From: Patescibacteria group bacterium
GTDB taxonomy: Bacteria; Patescibacteriota; Microgenomatia; UBA10105; UBA927
NCBI GenBank assembly: GCA_035510735.1
Contig: DATKGN010000002.1
Span: forward strand, 3,275-67,274
DNA: 64,000 bases
Direction: 5' to 3'
Part shown: positions 9,112 to 17,291 of the stretch, piece after piece
Layout: each line of letters begins with the position of its first letter
Position numbering within the stretch: the first letter of the stretch is position 1
Notes under the pieces: generated by a model
Told to the model about the DNA's origin: nothing
Database searches by the model: none
What the model saw: the letters and a program-made list of their open reading frames with translations, nothing else
Translations under genes and position numbers: made by a program

Positions 9112-9630
9112 ATGAACGGTATCGAACTCTTTTTTATTCTTCTCCAGATCGGCTTCATTATATACATACTGTATTACATCATTGCGTTCCTCTCGGGCGC
9201 CCCGTTTGTCCCGTCAACCAGCGTAACAAGCAAATCAATGATCGAGCTTGCGGAACTTAAAAAAGGGAAAAAAGTGTATGACCTGGGGTCCGGAAATGGC
9301 AAACTGCTTCTTCTTGCAGCTCAAAAGGGGGCAATTGCGGTCGGATTTGAAATCAATCCTATTCTCGTACTTTTCTCCAATATCCGCACGTTCTTTTCAC
9401 CATATAAAGATAACGTTAGGACAATTCTCAAAGATTTCTGGCTCGCGGATATTCACGACGCTGATGTTGTATTCGTCTACTTACTCCCGTGGCGGATGGA
9501 AAAACTTGCACAAAAACTAAAAGAAGAAACACAACCGGGGACGGTTATCGTCTCCAACAGTTTTATATTCCCGAAATGGAAAGTGCTTCGCCAGGATGTG
9601 GATCATCATGTTTACGTATTCAAACGCTGA
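9112..9630 (+). CDS. Small class I SAM-dependent methyltransferase with N-terminal TM helix
   Basis: Motif I VYDLGSGNGKLLLLAA (GxGxG) and an acidic motif II loop (VGFEINP). The N-terminus is hydrophobic. The ATG lies ~10 nt after a TATAAT box, so the start is probably leaderless. Confidence 0.55.
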   Translation: MNGIELFFILLQIGFIIYILYYIIAFLSGAPFVPSTSVTSKSMIELAELKKGKKVYDLGSGNGKLLLLAAQKGAIAVGFEINPILVLFSNIRTFFSPYKDNVRTILKDFWLADIHDADVVFVYLLPWRMEKLAQKLKEETQPGTVIVSNSFIFPKWKVLRQDVDHHVYVFKR

Positions 9631-9670
9631 CGCATTGACAGGAGTGACACGTTAACGCAATAATCGGACT

Positions 9671-10243
9671 ATGACCAGCGAATTTGACGGACAGCAGGAA
9701 GGGGAACGGGTCCTCTACGTCATTACACCGCATCCGATTGCCAAACATCTCGCGATCGCGCGCATTGTATTTCTGGCTGTATTTTTCTTCGGTGTACTGT
9801 TTTTAATCGGAACTGTGGTACCCGCCCAGGCAATGATGCTTCAAGTCATCGGTTTCATTCTGTCAATTGTTCTTCTGCTCGTCGGCATATGGTGGAATCT
9901 GACGGTGTATAAAAAATCCAGATCATATATCACGGACCGGAGAATCATCCGGTTTGACGTCGTTTCTCCGTTTTTTATGACGAAGCGTGCACTATTCTGG
10001 AACGAGGCACTCAAAACCAAAGCGTACTCGCCGAATTTTCTTTTTAGGTCCTTGAAGATCGGCACGATTGACGTCGAACCACAGCTTGCAACAGGCGAGG
10101 ATGTCCGTGTGACCGACGTTTATTATTTTGAGGATTTGGGTAATTATATCGATAAAATCCTCTTCACCTTTAAAAATACGCCCTCTGAAGTCGCTGTTCT
10201 CCATCCCTTTGTCCCGAAACCCAAAGGCCAACGCGATACATAA
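9671..10243 (+). CDS. Membrane protein with bacterial PH domain (bPH_2/YdbT-like)
   Basis: Two TM helices followed by ...YITDRRIIRFDVVSPFFMTKRALFWNEAL...IGTIDVEP..., which fits the bPH_2 topology. Confidence 0.45.
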   Translation: MTSEFDGQQEGERVLYVITPHPIAKHLAIARIVFLAVFFFGVLFLIGTVVPAQAMMLQVIGFILSIVLLLVGIWWNLTVYKKSRSYITDRRIIRFDVVSPFFMTKRALFWNEALKTKAYSPNFLFRSLKIGTIDVEPQLATGEDVRVTDVYYFEDLGNYIDKILFTFKNTPSEVAVLHPFVPKPKGQRDT

Positions 10244-10280
10244 GTGTATGAGGCCTCCGACCGATGACTCCGCCGATCTT

Positions 10281-10306
10281 GTTATCATGTTCCGTTACAT
10301 GATAAC
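10281..10306 (+). promoter_or_regulatory. 26-bp palindrome GTTATCATGT-TCCGTT-ACATGATAAC (copy 1) overlapping the putative promoter of the TrpR-like regulator gene
   Basis: Perfect 10-bp inverted arms with a 6-bp spacer. The arms embed TTGTTA (-35-like) and GATAAC (-10-like) 17 bp apart. An extra half-site TATCATG at 10310-10317 overlaps the start codon. Confidence 0.55.
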
Positions 10307-10314
10307 GTAATATC

Positions 10315-10755
10315 ATGACACAAATATCAAGACGGCATCTCGATGCCAAAACGCAAAAACGTATATATGAAATATTTACCGACGTTATTGCGGATGTAAA
10401 AACGCCATCTGAAGTTCAGGCATTGCTCGAAGATTTTTTCACCCCAACCGAACGCGTGATGCTTCCTAAGCGCTTATGTATCGCCTTCTTATTACTAAAA
10501 GGCTACGATCACAGAACGATTGCATCATATTTGAAAGTAAGCTTCACCACAATCAATCGCGTTAGTACCTCATTAAAAGTCGGTGGAAAAGGATATACTC
10601 TTGTTCTTACCCGTTTACGCAAACGCAAACAATTTGAATCTGTACTTACACAAATTGAAAATGGAATCGTTTCGATGTTAGCTTCAATTGGCGGACCAAG
10701 CCGTTTATGGAAAACAGTTCAAAACACACAACATAACTCTAAGTATATAGACTGA
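10315..10755 (+). CDS. TrpR-like DNA-binding protein, YerC/YecD family
   Basis: FFTPTERVMLPKRLCIAFLLLKGYDHRTIASYLKVSFTTINRVSTSLKVGG matches the YerC/YecD (Trp-repressor-fold) helix-turn-helix pattern. The gene is flanked on both sides by the same palindrome. Confidence 0.6.
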   Translation: MTQISRRHLDAKTQKRIYEIFTDVIADVKTPSEVQALLEDFFTPTERVMLPKRLCIAFLLLKGYDHRTIASYLKVSFTTINRVSTSLKVGGKGYTLVLTRLRKRKQFESVLTQIENGIVSMLASIGGPSRLWKTVQNTQHNSKYID

Positions 10756-10770
10756 AGCCTCTTTCAATTT

Positions 10771-10796
10771 GCTATCATGTAACGGAACATGATAAC
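10771..10796 (+). promoter_or_regulatory. 26-bp palindrome GCTATCATGT-AACGGA-ACATGATAAC (copy 2, spacer reverse-complemented relative to copy 1)
   Basis: Lies 16 nt after the regulator stop and ~25 nt upstream of the thrS -35 box. Confidence 0.5.
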
Positions 10797-10820
10797 AACT
10801 AAATTCCATCATGAGTAGCA

Positions 10821-10849
10821 TTGACAAGAGCATCTATACCATTTAGACT
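10821..10849 (+). promoter_or_regulatory. thrS promoter candidate TTGACA-17-TAGACT
   Basis: TTGACA 10821-10826, 17-bp spacer, TAGACT 10844-10849. About 235 nt upstream of the thrS ATG, which implies a long leader. Confidence 0.5.
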
Positions 10850-10855
10850 ATGAAT

Positions 10856-11086
10856 ACTTCCCGTTTGCATGAGACGTAACGAACCTCAAAGAGAAGCGCG
10901 AGTCTCAGCGTAAAGAGAATAATTAAGTCACCATTGTTGGATGGAACCTCGAAGCGAAAGCTGAGATCCAACGAGAACGGGTGACTTTTTTGATGGACAG
11001 TTAACGATCCGTCAGTTTACGGAGAGTTTACTGCCATCAATCCTCCGAAGCCTTGGCGAAGGAGGATGTACAATAAGGAGGAATCT
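10856..11086 (+). promoter_or_regulatory. Structured thrS 5' leader; candidate T-box-like riboswitch/attenuator
   Basis: The ~230-nt untranslated leader holds a complex intrinsic terminator and a Stem-I-like hairpin TGAGAC...GTCTCA whose loop carries an ACC (Thr) triplet. The segment GGATGGAACCTCG resembles the T-box core AGGGTGGNACCGCG (10/13). An anti-SD hairpin ATCCTCC/GGAGGAT lies just before the SD AAGGAGG. Confidence 0.4.
10927..10991 (+). terminator. Intrinsic terminator/attenuator inside the thrS leader
   Basis: Outer stem GTCACC (10927-32)/GGTGAC (10980-85) and inner stem GTTGGAT (10936-42)/ATCCAAC (10966-72), followed by T6 (10986-91). Confidence 0.5.
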
Positions 11087-12841
11087 ATGAAAAACGAAGA
11101 ATATCTTGATCAAATTCGACACTCGTGTAGCCACTTACTGACGGCTGCAATTGAAGCCCTTTACCCAGGTGTCAAACAAACCATCGGTCCACCGATTGAA
11201 AACGGGTTTTACCATGATTACGATTTAGGTGACATGAAAATCTCGGAAGATGATTTCCCTAAAATTGAACAAAAAATGCACGAACTCGTGAAAAATTGGA
11301 AATCGTTTGAAGGACGGGAAGAGACGGAAAAGGAAGCACTCGCACAGTTTAAGGATAACGAGTACAAACAGGAATTGATCCGGGAATTCGCGAAAGACAA
11401 GCAAAAACTGACACTCTACACCTCCGGCGGGTTTATCGATTTGTGCCACGGTGGTCACACTGCTCACCCGGACGAGGAGCTCAAATACTTTAAGCTCCTC
11501 TCGGTTGCCGGTGCCTATTGGCGGGGAAGTGAAAAGAATAAGATGCTCACGAGAATTTATGGCACGTGTTTCCCGACACAAAAAAAATTGGATGACTATC
11601 TGGCGGCCCGCAAGCTTGCTGAGGAGTCTGATCACAGGAAAATCGGCAAGGATCTCAATCTCTTCGTTTTTTCCGATCTTGTCGGCCGCGGCTTGCCGCT
11701 CTTAACCCCGAAGGGAAGTATCATCCGGCGGATTCTTGAGCGCTTCGTCGTCGATACGGAAATTGCCTGGGGCTATTCGCACGTCTATACACCGCCGATT
11801 GCCAAAACAGATCTCTACAAAACATCGGGTCACTATCCGTACTATAAAGACACGATGTATCCCGTTATGAAAGTTGATGAGGATGAACTAATCCTGCGGC
11901 CCATGACGTGCCCGCATCATTTTATGCTCTACAAAAGCTCGCCCAGGAGTTATAAAGAGCTGCCGCTTAAACTCGCTGAGATCGCGCCGCAGTTCCGGTA
12001 CGAAAAGAGCGGTGAACTCTCCGGACTTATGCGGGTCAGGACGTTCATGCTGTCGGATTCCCATATATTTACCCAAAAAGAAAAGGCAAAAGACGTCATC
12101 CTCGAGGTTATCAAGTTAATCGATTACTTAAACGGTGCCCTTGGATTCAAAAAAGGTGAGGACTACCGTTTCCGGCTGTCGTTGGGCGAACGAAACGATG
12201 AGAAAAAATATTACAAAGACGATAAAGCGTGGGATGAGGCCGAGGAAGTCCTGCGTAGCGTTCTAAAGGAAATCGACGCGCCGTACTTTGAAGCTCCTAA
12301 CGAGGCGGCATTTTACGGGCCAAAAATTGACGTCCAGATAAAAAAGGTCAACGGCCAGGAAGAAACGGCCTTCACGGTACAATATGACTTTGTCATGCCC
12401 AAGCGGTTTGAACTGACCTACACAAATGATAAAGGTGAAAAAGAAGAACCGGTCGTCATCCACAGGGCATCAATCGGCGCTCTGGAGCGAACGATGGCAT
12501 TTCTTATCGAAAAGTACAAAGGCGCCATGCCGCTGTGGCTTTCCCCGGTGCAGGTAGCGCTCATTCCTATCGCCGAGCGGCATAATGAAGCAGCCAAAAA
12601 GACAGCGGAATTTCTGCGTAAACGTGGGGTTAGGGTCGATATTGACGACCGCAGTGAGTCTATGCAGGCCAAGATTCGGTATAACACTTTACAAAAAGTC
12701 CCCTATTTAGGTATAATAGGGGATCGAGAAGCAAGTTCTGACAGCATTTCTGTGAGAACTCGGAAAGGTGAAGATCTCAAGGCAATGAGCCGTGAGATAT
12801 TTGCTGACCGTCTTGGGAGCGAGATTGAGCACAAACTTTAG
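11087..12841 (+). CDS. thrS: Threonyl-tRNA synthetase (lacks the N-terminal TGS domain)
   Basis: HSCSHLL editing-domain zinc motif, class II core, DHRKIGKDLNLF motif and a C-terminal anticodon-binding domain. The start is set at the ATG 7 nt after the SD AAGGAGG; the ORF-track start at 11066 adds only 7 codons. Confidence 0.92.
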   Translation: MKNEEYLDQIRHSCSHLLTAAIEALYPGVKQTIGPPIENGFYHDYDLGDMKISEDDFPKIEQKMHELVKNWKSFEGREETEKEALAQFKDNEYKQELIREFAKDKQKLTLYTSGGFIDLCHGGHTAHPDEELKYFKLLSVAGAYWRGSEKNKMLTRIYGTCFPTQKKLDDYLAARKLAEESDHRKIGKDLNLFVFSDLVGRGLPLLTPKGSIIRRILERFVVDTEIAWGYSHVYTPPIAKTDLYKTSGHYPYYKDTMYPVMKVDEDELILRPMTCPHHFMLYKSSPRSYKELPLKLAEIAPQFRYEKSGELSGLMRVRTFMLSDSHIFTQKEKAKDVILEVIKLIDYLNGALGFKKGEDYRFRLSLGERNDEKKYYKDDKAWDEAEEVLRSVLKEIDAPYFEAPNEAAFYGPKIDVQIKKVNGQEETAFTVQYDFVMPKRFELTYTNDKGEKEEPVVIHRASIGALERTMAFLIEKYKGAMPLWLSPVQVALIPIAERHNEAAKKTAEFLRKRGVRVDIDDRSESMQAKIRYNTLQKVPYLGIIGDREASSDSISVRTRKGEDLKAMSREIFADRLGSEIEHKL

Positions 12842-13349
12842 ACACTATCGCCTAAATTATCAGATCACCAGCCCGACCCTGCGACTTTTAGATGAGACAG
12901 GAAAGCAGATCGGCGTGGTCAGTAAACTTGAAGCTTTACAGCTGGCTAAAGAACAGGGGCTCGATGTCGTTGAAATTGCCCAAAAGGCAGTTCCAGCAGT
13001 AGCGAAGCTTATCGATTTTAAAAAGTTTAAATATCAGGAAGCGAAAAAAGAACGGGAATCGAAGAAGAATCAGAAGAATGTGGGAGTGAAGGAAATCAGG
13101 TTACGTCCGTTTATCGGACAGCACGATTTCGATACGAGGAAAGCTCAGGCACAGGAATTTATTAAAGATGGGAATCAGGTCAAGATAGTCGTATTTTTCA
13201 GAGGCCGGGAGATCACGAGGAAAGAATTTGGATTTGACGTCATGAAGAGGTTCATAGGATCACTTGAAGCGGTTCGGACAGTCCGCGAAGCGCACATGGA
13301 GGGAAGGACACTCGTCGCCATGATCATAACGGACAAAAAAAGGGATTAA
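12792..13349 (+). CDS. infC: Translation initiation factor IF-3 (start uncertain; probably a non-ATG start at TTG 12825, or near 12864)
   Basis: ...TLRLLDETGKQIGVVSKLEALQLAKEQGLDVVEI... is the IF3 N-domain and ...IVVFFRGREITRKEFG... the C-domain. No in-frame ATG after the thrS stop; IF3 genes classically use atypical start codons. Confidence 0.85.
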   Translation: MRYLLTVLGARLSTNFRHYRLNYQITSPTLRLLDETGKQIGVVSKLEALQLAKEQGLDVVEIAQKAVPAVAKLIDFKKFKYQEAKKERESKKNQKNVGVKEIRLRPFIGQHDFDTRKAQAQEFIKDGNQVKIVVFFRGREITRKEFGFDVMKRFIGSLEAVRTVREAHMEGRTLVAMIITDKKRD

Positions 13350-13353
13350 ACAT

Positions 13354-13551
13354 ATGCCGAAAATGAAAACCAAAAAAATAGTGAGAAAACGCTTTAAGAT
13401 TACCAAGGGCGGTAAAGTGATGCACCGGGCCCAGGGCGCACGGCATCTTCGGAGCCGCAAAAACAAAGCGCGTCAACGCCGACAGGATGAGCCGAAACAA
13501 ATTATGAACATCAAATATAGCCGGATGATTAAACGGTATTTACAAACGTAA
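13354..13551 (+). CDS. rpmI: 50S ribosomal protein L35
   Basis: MPKMKTKKIVRKRFKITKGGKVMHR... is a canonical bL35 sequence; conserved infC-rpmI-rplT order. Confidence 0.9.
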   Translation: MPKMKTKKIVRKRFKITKGGKVMHRAQGARHLRSRKNKARQRRQDEPKQIMNIKYSRMIKRYLQT

Positions 13552-13561
13552 AGGAGATTCT

Positions 13562-13912
13562 ATGAGAGTTAAACGCGGAGTCACATCACACGCAAAACAC
13601 AAAAAATTATTCGCAGCCAACAAAGGCTATCGCATGACCAAGCGCAGGCTCACCCGCGTCGCAAAGCAGGCATTTCTTCACACCGGTGAATATGCTCGTG
13701 CTGGTCGAAGGATGCGGAAGCGCGATTTCAGACAATTGTGGATTACGAGAATATCAGAGAGCGTCAAACAGAATGGATTATCCTACGGATCGTTCATCAG
13801 CAAATTGAAATCGAATAACATCGAGGTTGACCGCAAGATGCTCGCAAATCTCATTCTCGAGAATCCCGACGCATTTGTAGCAATCCTAGATAAACTCAAA
13901 ACCGTTAACTAA
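13562..13912 (+). CDS. rplT: 50S ribosomal protein L20
   Basis: MRVKRGVTSHAKHKKLFAANKGYRMTKRRLTRVAKQAF... is a canonical bL20 sequence. Confidence 0.95.
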   Translation: MRVKRGVTSHAKHKKLFAANKGYRMTKRRLTRVAKQAFLHTGEYARAGRRMRKRDFRQLWITRISESVKQNGLSYGSFISKLKSNNIEVDRKMLANLILENPDAFVAILDKLKTVN

Positions 13913-13916
13913 TCAC

Positions 13917-13961
13917 ATGGTAAAGAACGTTTTTTTCGGATTCACATTTACAACCTCCTAA
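13917..13961 (+). CDS. pheM: pheST leader peptide MVKNVFFGFTFTTS (14 aa, 4 Phe codons)
   Basis: ATG at 13917, 5 nt after the rplT stop. Codons are ATG GTA AAG AAC GTT TTT TTC GGA TTC ACA TTT ACA ACC TCC TAA. Immediately followed by antiterminator and terminator structures upstream of pheS. Too short for the ORF track. Confidence 0.6.
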   Translation: MVKNVFFGFTFTTS

Positions 13962-13996
13962 ACGGTGGGGTTTTGTGAGTCGGCAATAGAACAAAA

Positions 13997-14018
13997 CCCC
14001 GCTAGCCGGGGTTTTTTT
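13997..14018 (+). terminator. Intrinsic terminator of the pheST attenuator
   Basis: CCCCG-CTAGC-CGGGG followed by T7 (14012-14018). The upstream GGGGTTTTG (13967-75) can pair with CAAAACCCC (13992-14000), which overlaps the terminator 5' arm, to form an antiterminator. Confidence 0.7.
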
Positions 14019-14075
14019 GTACAATGAAGTCATCGCTTGCCCGTGAGTAGCTTAAAAACGTACAATAACTATATT

Positions 14076-15167
14076 GGTATGGACGATACAAAAAATATAA
14101 AGGAACACACCGAGATTATCGGTGCATCAAACATCATCGGGCTCCTTTTGGAAACCCAACAGGACGCCCTTTCTGAGATAGAACGTGCCGAGAAAAACGA
14201 AAACGATTTGCGGCTCGAATTATTGGGAGGGAAAAGCGACCTTGCGCTCCTTGCCAAAAAAATTAAGAATGTCCCCCAGGCGGACCGTGCGCAGGTAGGT
14301 ACCGTTATTAACCAGGTAAAGCAAACAATTGAATCAGCATTAAGCTCTCTGAAAGCAAGAGAATCGGTTGCAACTGGCGCCAAAACAGATTTTGACGTCA
14401 CCATGCCCGGCATTTTGCCACCTGAAGGGCACCTTCATATCGTCTCGCAAGCCATAAGCGAGATCACTCACATTTTTGAAAAAATAGGATTCAGCCGCGT
14501 ACGGCACCCTGAGGTCGACTGGGATTGGTTTGCGTTTGAATCGTTAAACATGCCGGCAAATCACCCTGCCCGCGATGAATGGGAAACGTTCTTCATCGAC
14601 TATCCAGGACGCCCCGGGCACGATCCCCACAAACAAAGGATGGCGCTCACACCGCACACGAGTAACGGTCAGGTCCGGGAAATGGGTAAAAAGGTGTTGC
14701 CTATCAGGATGATCAACATTGCAAAATGTTATCGTCGTCAATCGGATGTTTCCCACGTTCCGATGTTTCACCAGTTCGAGGGCATGTATATTGATAAAAA
14801 CGTATCCATTGGCCACCTCAAAGGATTTATTAATTTTTTTATCAAGCAATATTTCGGTCCCGATAGAAAATTCCGGCTGAGACCGTTTCACTTTCAGTTT
14901 ACCGAACCGTCATTTGAAGTAGACATATCCTGTGATGTGTGCAAAGGACGTGGCTGCAGGCTATGCAAAGAAGGATGGCTTGAGCTTGCAGGTTCCGGCA
15001 TGATTCACCCTAATGTACTAAGAAACGGCGGGATTGACCCGAATCAGTATAACGGATTTGCCATCGGATGGGGAGTGGAACGGACCTATATGATGAAAGC
15101 AGGAACAAGGCTTGATGATATCCGGCTTTTATACAGTAATGACATCCGATTCTTGGAGCAATTTTAG
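14076..15167 (+). CDS. pheS: Phenylalanyl-tRNA synthetase alpha subunit
   Basis: Class II aaRS motifs (FRLRPFHFQFTEPSFEVD, GWLELAGSGMIHPNVL, GFAIGWGVERT). First ATG taken at 14076; the ORF track begins at an upstream TTG (14037). Confidence 0.9.
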   Translation, partial: GMDDTKNIKEHTEIIGASNIIGLLLETQQDALSEIERAEKNENDLRLELLGGKSDLALLAKKIKNVPQADRAQVGTVINQVKQTIESALSSLKARESVATGAKTDFDVTMPGILPPEGHLHIVSQAISEITHIFEKIGFSRVRHPEVDWDWFAFESLNMPANHPARDEWETFFIDYPGRPGHDPHKQRMALTPHTSNGQVREMGKKVLPIRMINIAKCYRRQSDVSHVPMFHQFEGMYIDKNVSIGHLKGFINFFIKQYFGPDRKFRLRPFHFQFTEPSFEVDISCDVCKGRGCRLCKEGWLELAGSGMIHPNVLRNGGIDPNQYNGFAIGWGVERTYMMKAGTRLDDIRLLYSNDIRFLEQF

Positions 15168-15224
15168 TTCGGTTTGTCATTTTCATGTAGGCGGGAATCG
15201 GTTTTACTTGCGTAAAGAAAGATG

Positions 15225-15245
15225 ATCCCCGATCAAGTCGGGGAT
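15225..15245 (+). other. Perfect GC-rich hairpin ATCCCCGA-tcaag-TCGGGGAT between pheS and pheT, no U-tract
   Basis: 8-bp perfect stem with a 5-nt loop, 15 nt upstream of the pheT ATG. The arms resemble the two hairpins at 28842-28908. Confidence 0.4.
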
Positions 15246-15260
15246 GACAGGAAAAAACAT

Positions 15261-17291
15261 ATGAATATATTAGTACCTGACAATTGGCTAAGAAGCTTTG
15301 TAAAAACGAAGGCCACAGCGCGGAAAATTAAGGAGTATTTATCGCTGTGCGGTCCGTCTGTCGAACGGATAAACGGGACGGGGAAAGACATCGTTTACGA
15401 TATAGAGATCACCACCAACAGGCCTGACGCCATGAGTGTCGTCGGCGTTGCACGTGAGGCTGCCGCGATTTTACCCCGCTTCGGTATTGGGGCAACACTT
15501 ATTAATGATCCCTATAAACTTGATGTTAAAAAATTCGTTGAAACCCACAAACGAGAAGGCGCAAAACGCCTGGAGATAACGACAAACGCTGATCTTAATC
15601 CCAGGTGGACATCCATCGTGCTAACCGGCGTAAAAATCGGACCATCGCCCGACTGGCTTAAGGAAAACCTCGAAGCATCCGGGATTCGATCACTTAATTC
15701 GGTCGTTGATATAACAAATTATCTTATGCGCGCATATGGTCAGCCGGCTCATGCATTTGATTTCGACCGCATCCGGATCGACGATATCACGGCGGTTATG
15801 AAACTGCGCGCGAGCCGCAAAGGCGAAACACTCACGACGCTCGACGGCAAGAAACATACGCTTCCGGGCGGCGACATCGTCATTGAGGACGGAAAAGGAA
15901 GACTTATTGACCTCGCCGGCATCATGGGCGGGCAAAACAGCAGCATTACGGACAAAACAACAACCGTCATTCTCTTCATGCAAACGTATAACCCTGTAAC
16001 TATCAGACGCACATCCATGGCGCTCGCTCACAGGACAGAAGCTTCCTCACTTTTTGAAAAAGGCCATGACAGTGAGCTCGTGCTTCCGGCAATCACAAGG
16101 GGAGTTGAGCTGTTAAAAGAACTTACCGGAGCGCAAACGGGAAGTAAATTGTATGATATCTATCCGTCTCCCTATAAACCATACCCGGTCACCGTCTCAA
16201 AAGCGAAAACGTTCGCGTATATCGGAAACGTATTAACTGACGGCGATATCGAACACATGCTCAAACCGCTTGGATTTACAACCAAACTCAATAAAACTGA
16301 AATTACCGCTCTTGTCCCGAGCTGGCGGAGTGACATTCAAATAGACGTTGATGTTATCGAGGAGGTTGCACGGATGTTCGGCTATCACAATATTACGCCA
16401 CGACTCCCTGAGACCGAACCGCCGATCGTAATACCTGACTCAACGCTCTTCTGGGAACAGGAAATAAAAATCAGATTGAGGGATTGGGGCTTCACGGAGC
16501 TATACACGTATTCAATGATCTCAGAGAATCAAATGGATATATTCGGCCTTGATACATCCAAAGCGTATAAAATTGCCAATCCGCTTTCGCAAGAATGGGT
16601 CTATATGCGGCCGAGCCTTTGGCCGAGCGTCCTTGCGTCAGTCCGTGAGAATCTCCATGTTACACAGTCACTCAAATTATTCGAATTGAGCCAGACGTAT
16701 CACTATCGGGAATATGAACTACCTGCGGAAGCGCCCACGCTCCTTGTGGCGTTTACCGGACACAAATTTCTCGAAGCAAAAGGCGTTGCGCAGGCATTAT
16801 TCACTATGTTTGGCATTCCGTTTCCGGCCACTCCGTCAATACATGATGAATATCCAAAAGATTGGACCGATGAAAAACAATTCTCCTTGGACAAATACGG
16901 CATAATCTGTGAAGTGCGAAAACAACTTCTCGGGATGGTCAGCATTACGCTGCCGGTTACCATCCTTGAACTCCATATTGATGAGCTCGTTAAACACGCC
17001 CACCCGATACCGACATATCTTCCCATTCCCAAATTCCCTCCGGCAGTCGAAGATCTTGCATTCATCGTCCCTTCGGGGTTTGCGGTCGGACCACTTACGG
17101 AAACCCTGAAAAAAGTCAGTAAATTAATTTATCGCGTAACCTTACTTGATGCACATAATGATACACGGACGTTTCATATTGAATATCTGGACCGCGATAA
17201 GAATTTAACAAGCGAAGATATACGGCCAGTGCGTGAAAAACTCATTGCAGCGGCCCGCAGCGCGTACGGAGTCGAATTAAAAACCGCATGA
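15261..17291 (+). CDS. pheT: Phenylalanyl-tRNA synthetase beta subunit
   Basis: Starts MNILVPDNWLRSFVK (classic PheT N-terminus) and contains B3/B4, B5 and anticodon-binding-like regions. The ORF-track start 15222 is an upstream extension. Confidence 0.9.
   Translation: MNILVPDNWLRSFVKTKATARKIKEYLSLCGPSVERINGTGKDIVYDIEITTNRPDAMSVVGVAREAAAILPRFGIGATLINDPYKLDVKKFVETHKREGAKRLEITTNADLNPRWTSIVLTGVKIGPSPDWLKENLEASGIRSLNSVVDITNYLMRAYGQPAHAFDFDRIRIDDITAVMKLRASRKGETLTTLDGKKHTLPGGDIVIEDGKGRLIDLAGIMGGQNSSITDKTTTVILFMQTYNPVTIRRTSMALAHRTEASSLFEKGHDSELVLPAITRGVELLKELTGAQTGSKLYDIYPSPYKPYPVTVSKAKTFAYIGNVLTDGDIEHMLKPLGFTTKLNKTEITALVPSWRSDIQIDVDVIEEVARMFGYHNITPRLPETEPPIVIPDSTLFWEQEIKIRLRDWGFTELYTYSMISENQMDIFGLDTSKAYKIANPLSQEWVYMRPSLWPSVLASVRENLHVTQSLKLFELSQTYHYREYELPAEAPTLLVAFTGHKFLEAKGVAQALFTMFGIPFPATPSIHDEYPKDWTDEKQFSLDKYGIICEVRKQLLGMVSITLPVTILELHIDELVKHAHPIPTYLPIPKFPPAVEDLAFIVPSGFAVGPLTETLKKVSKLIYRVTLLDAHNDTRTFHIEYLDRDKNLTSEDIRPVREKLIAAARSAYGVELKTA

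Noticed and set aside
8919-9167. 82-aa Arg-rich minus-strand ORF in the sortase/methyltransferase spacer
   Set aside because: Its start would lie inside the methyltransferase coding region. No SD or promoter, and the composition is typical of a random ORF.
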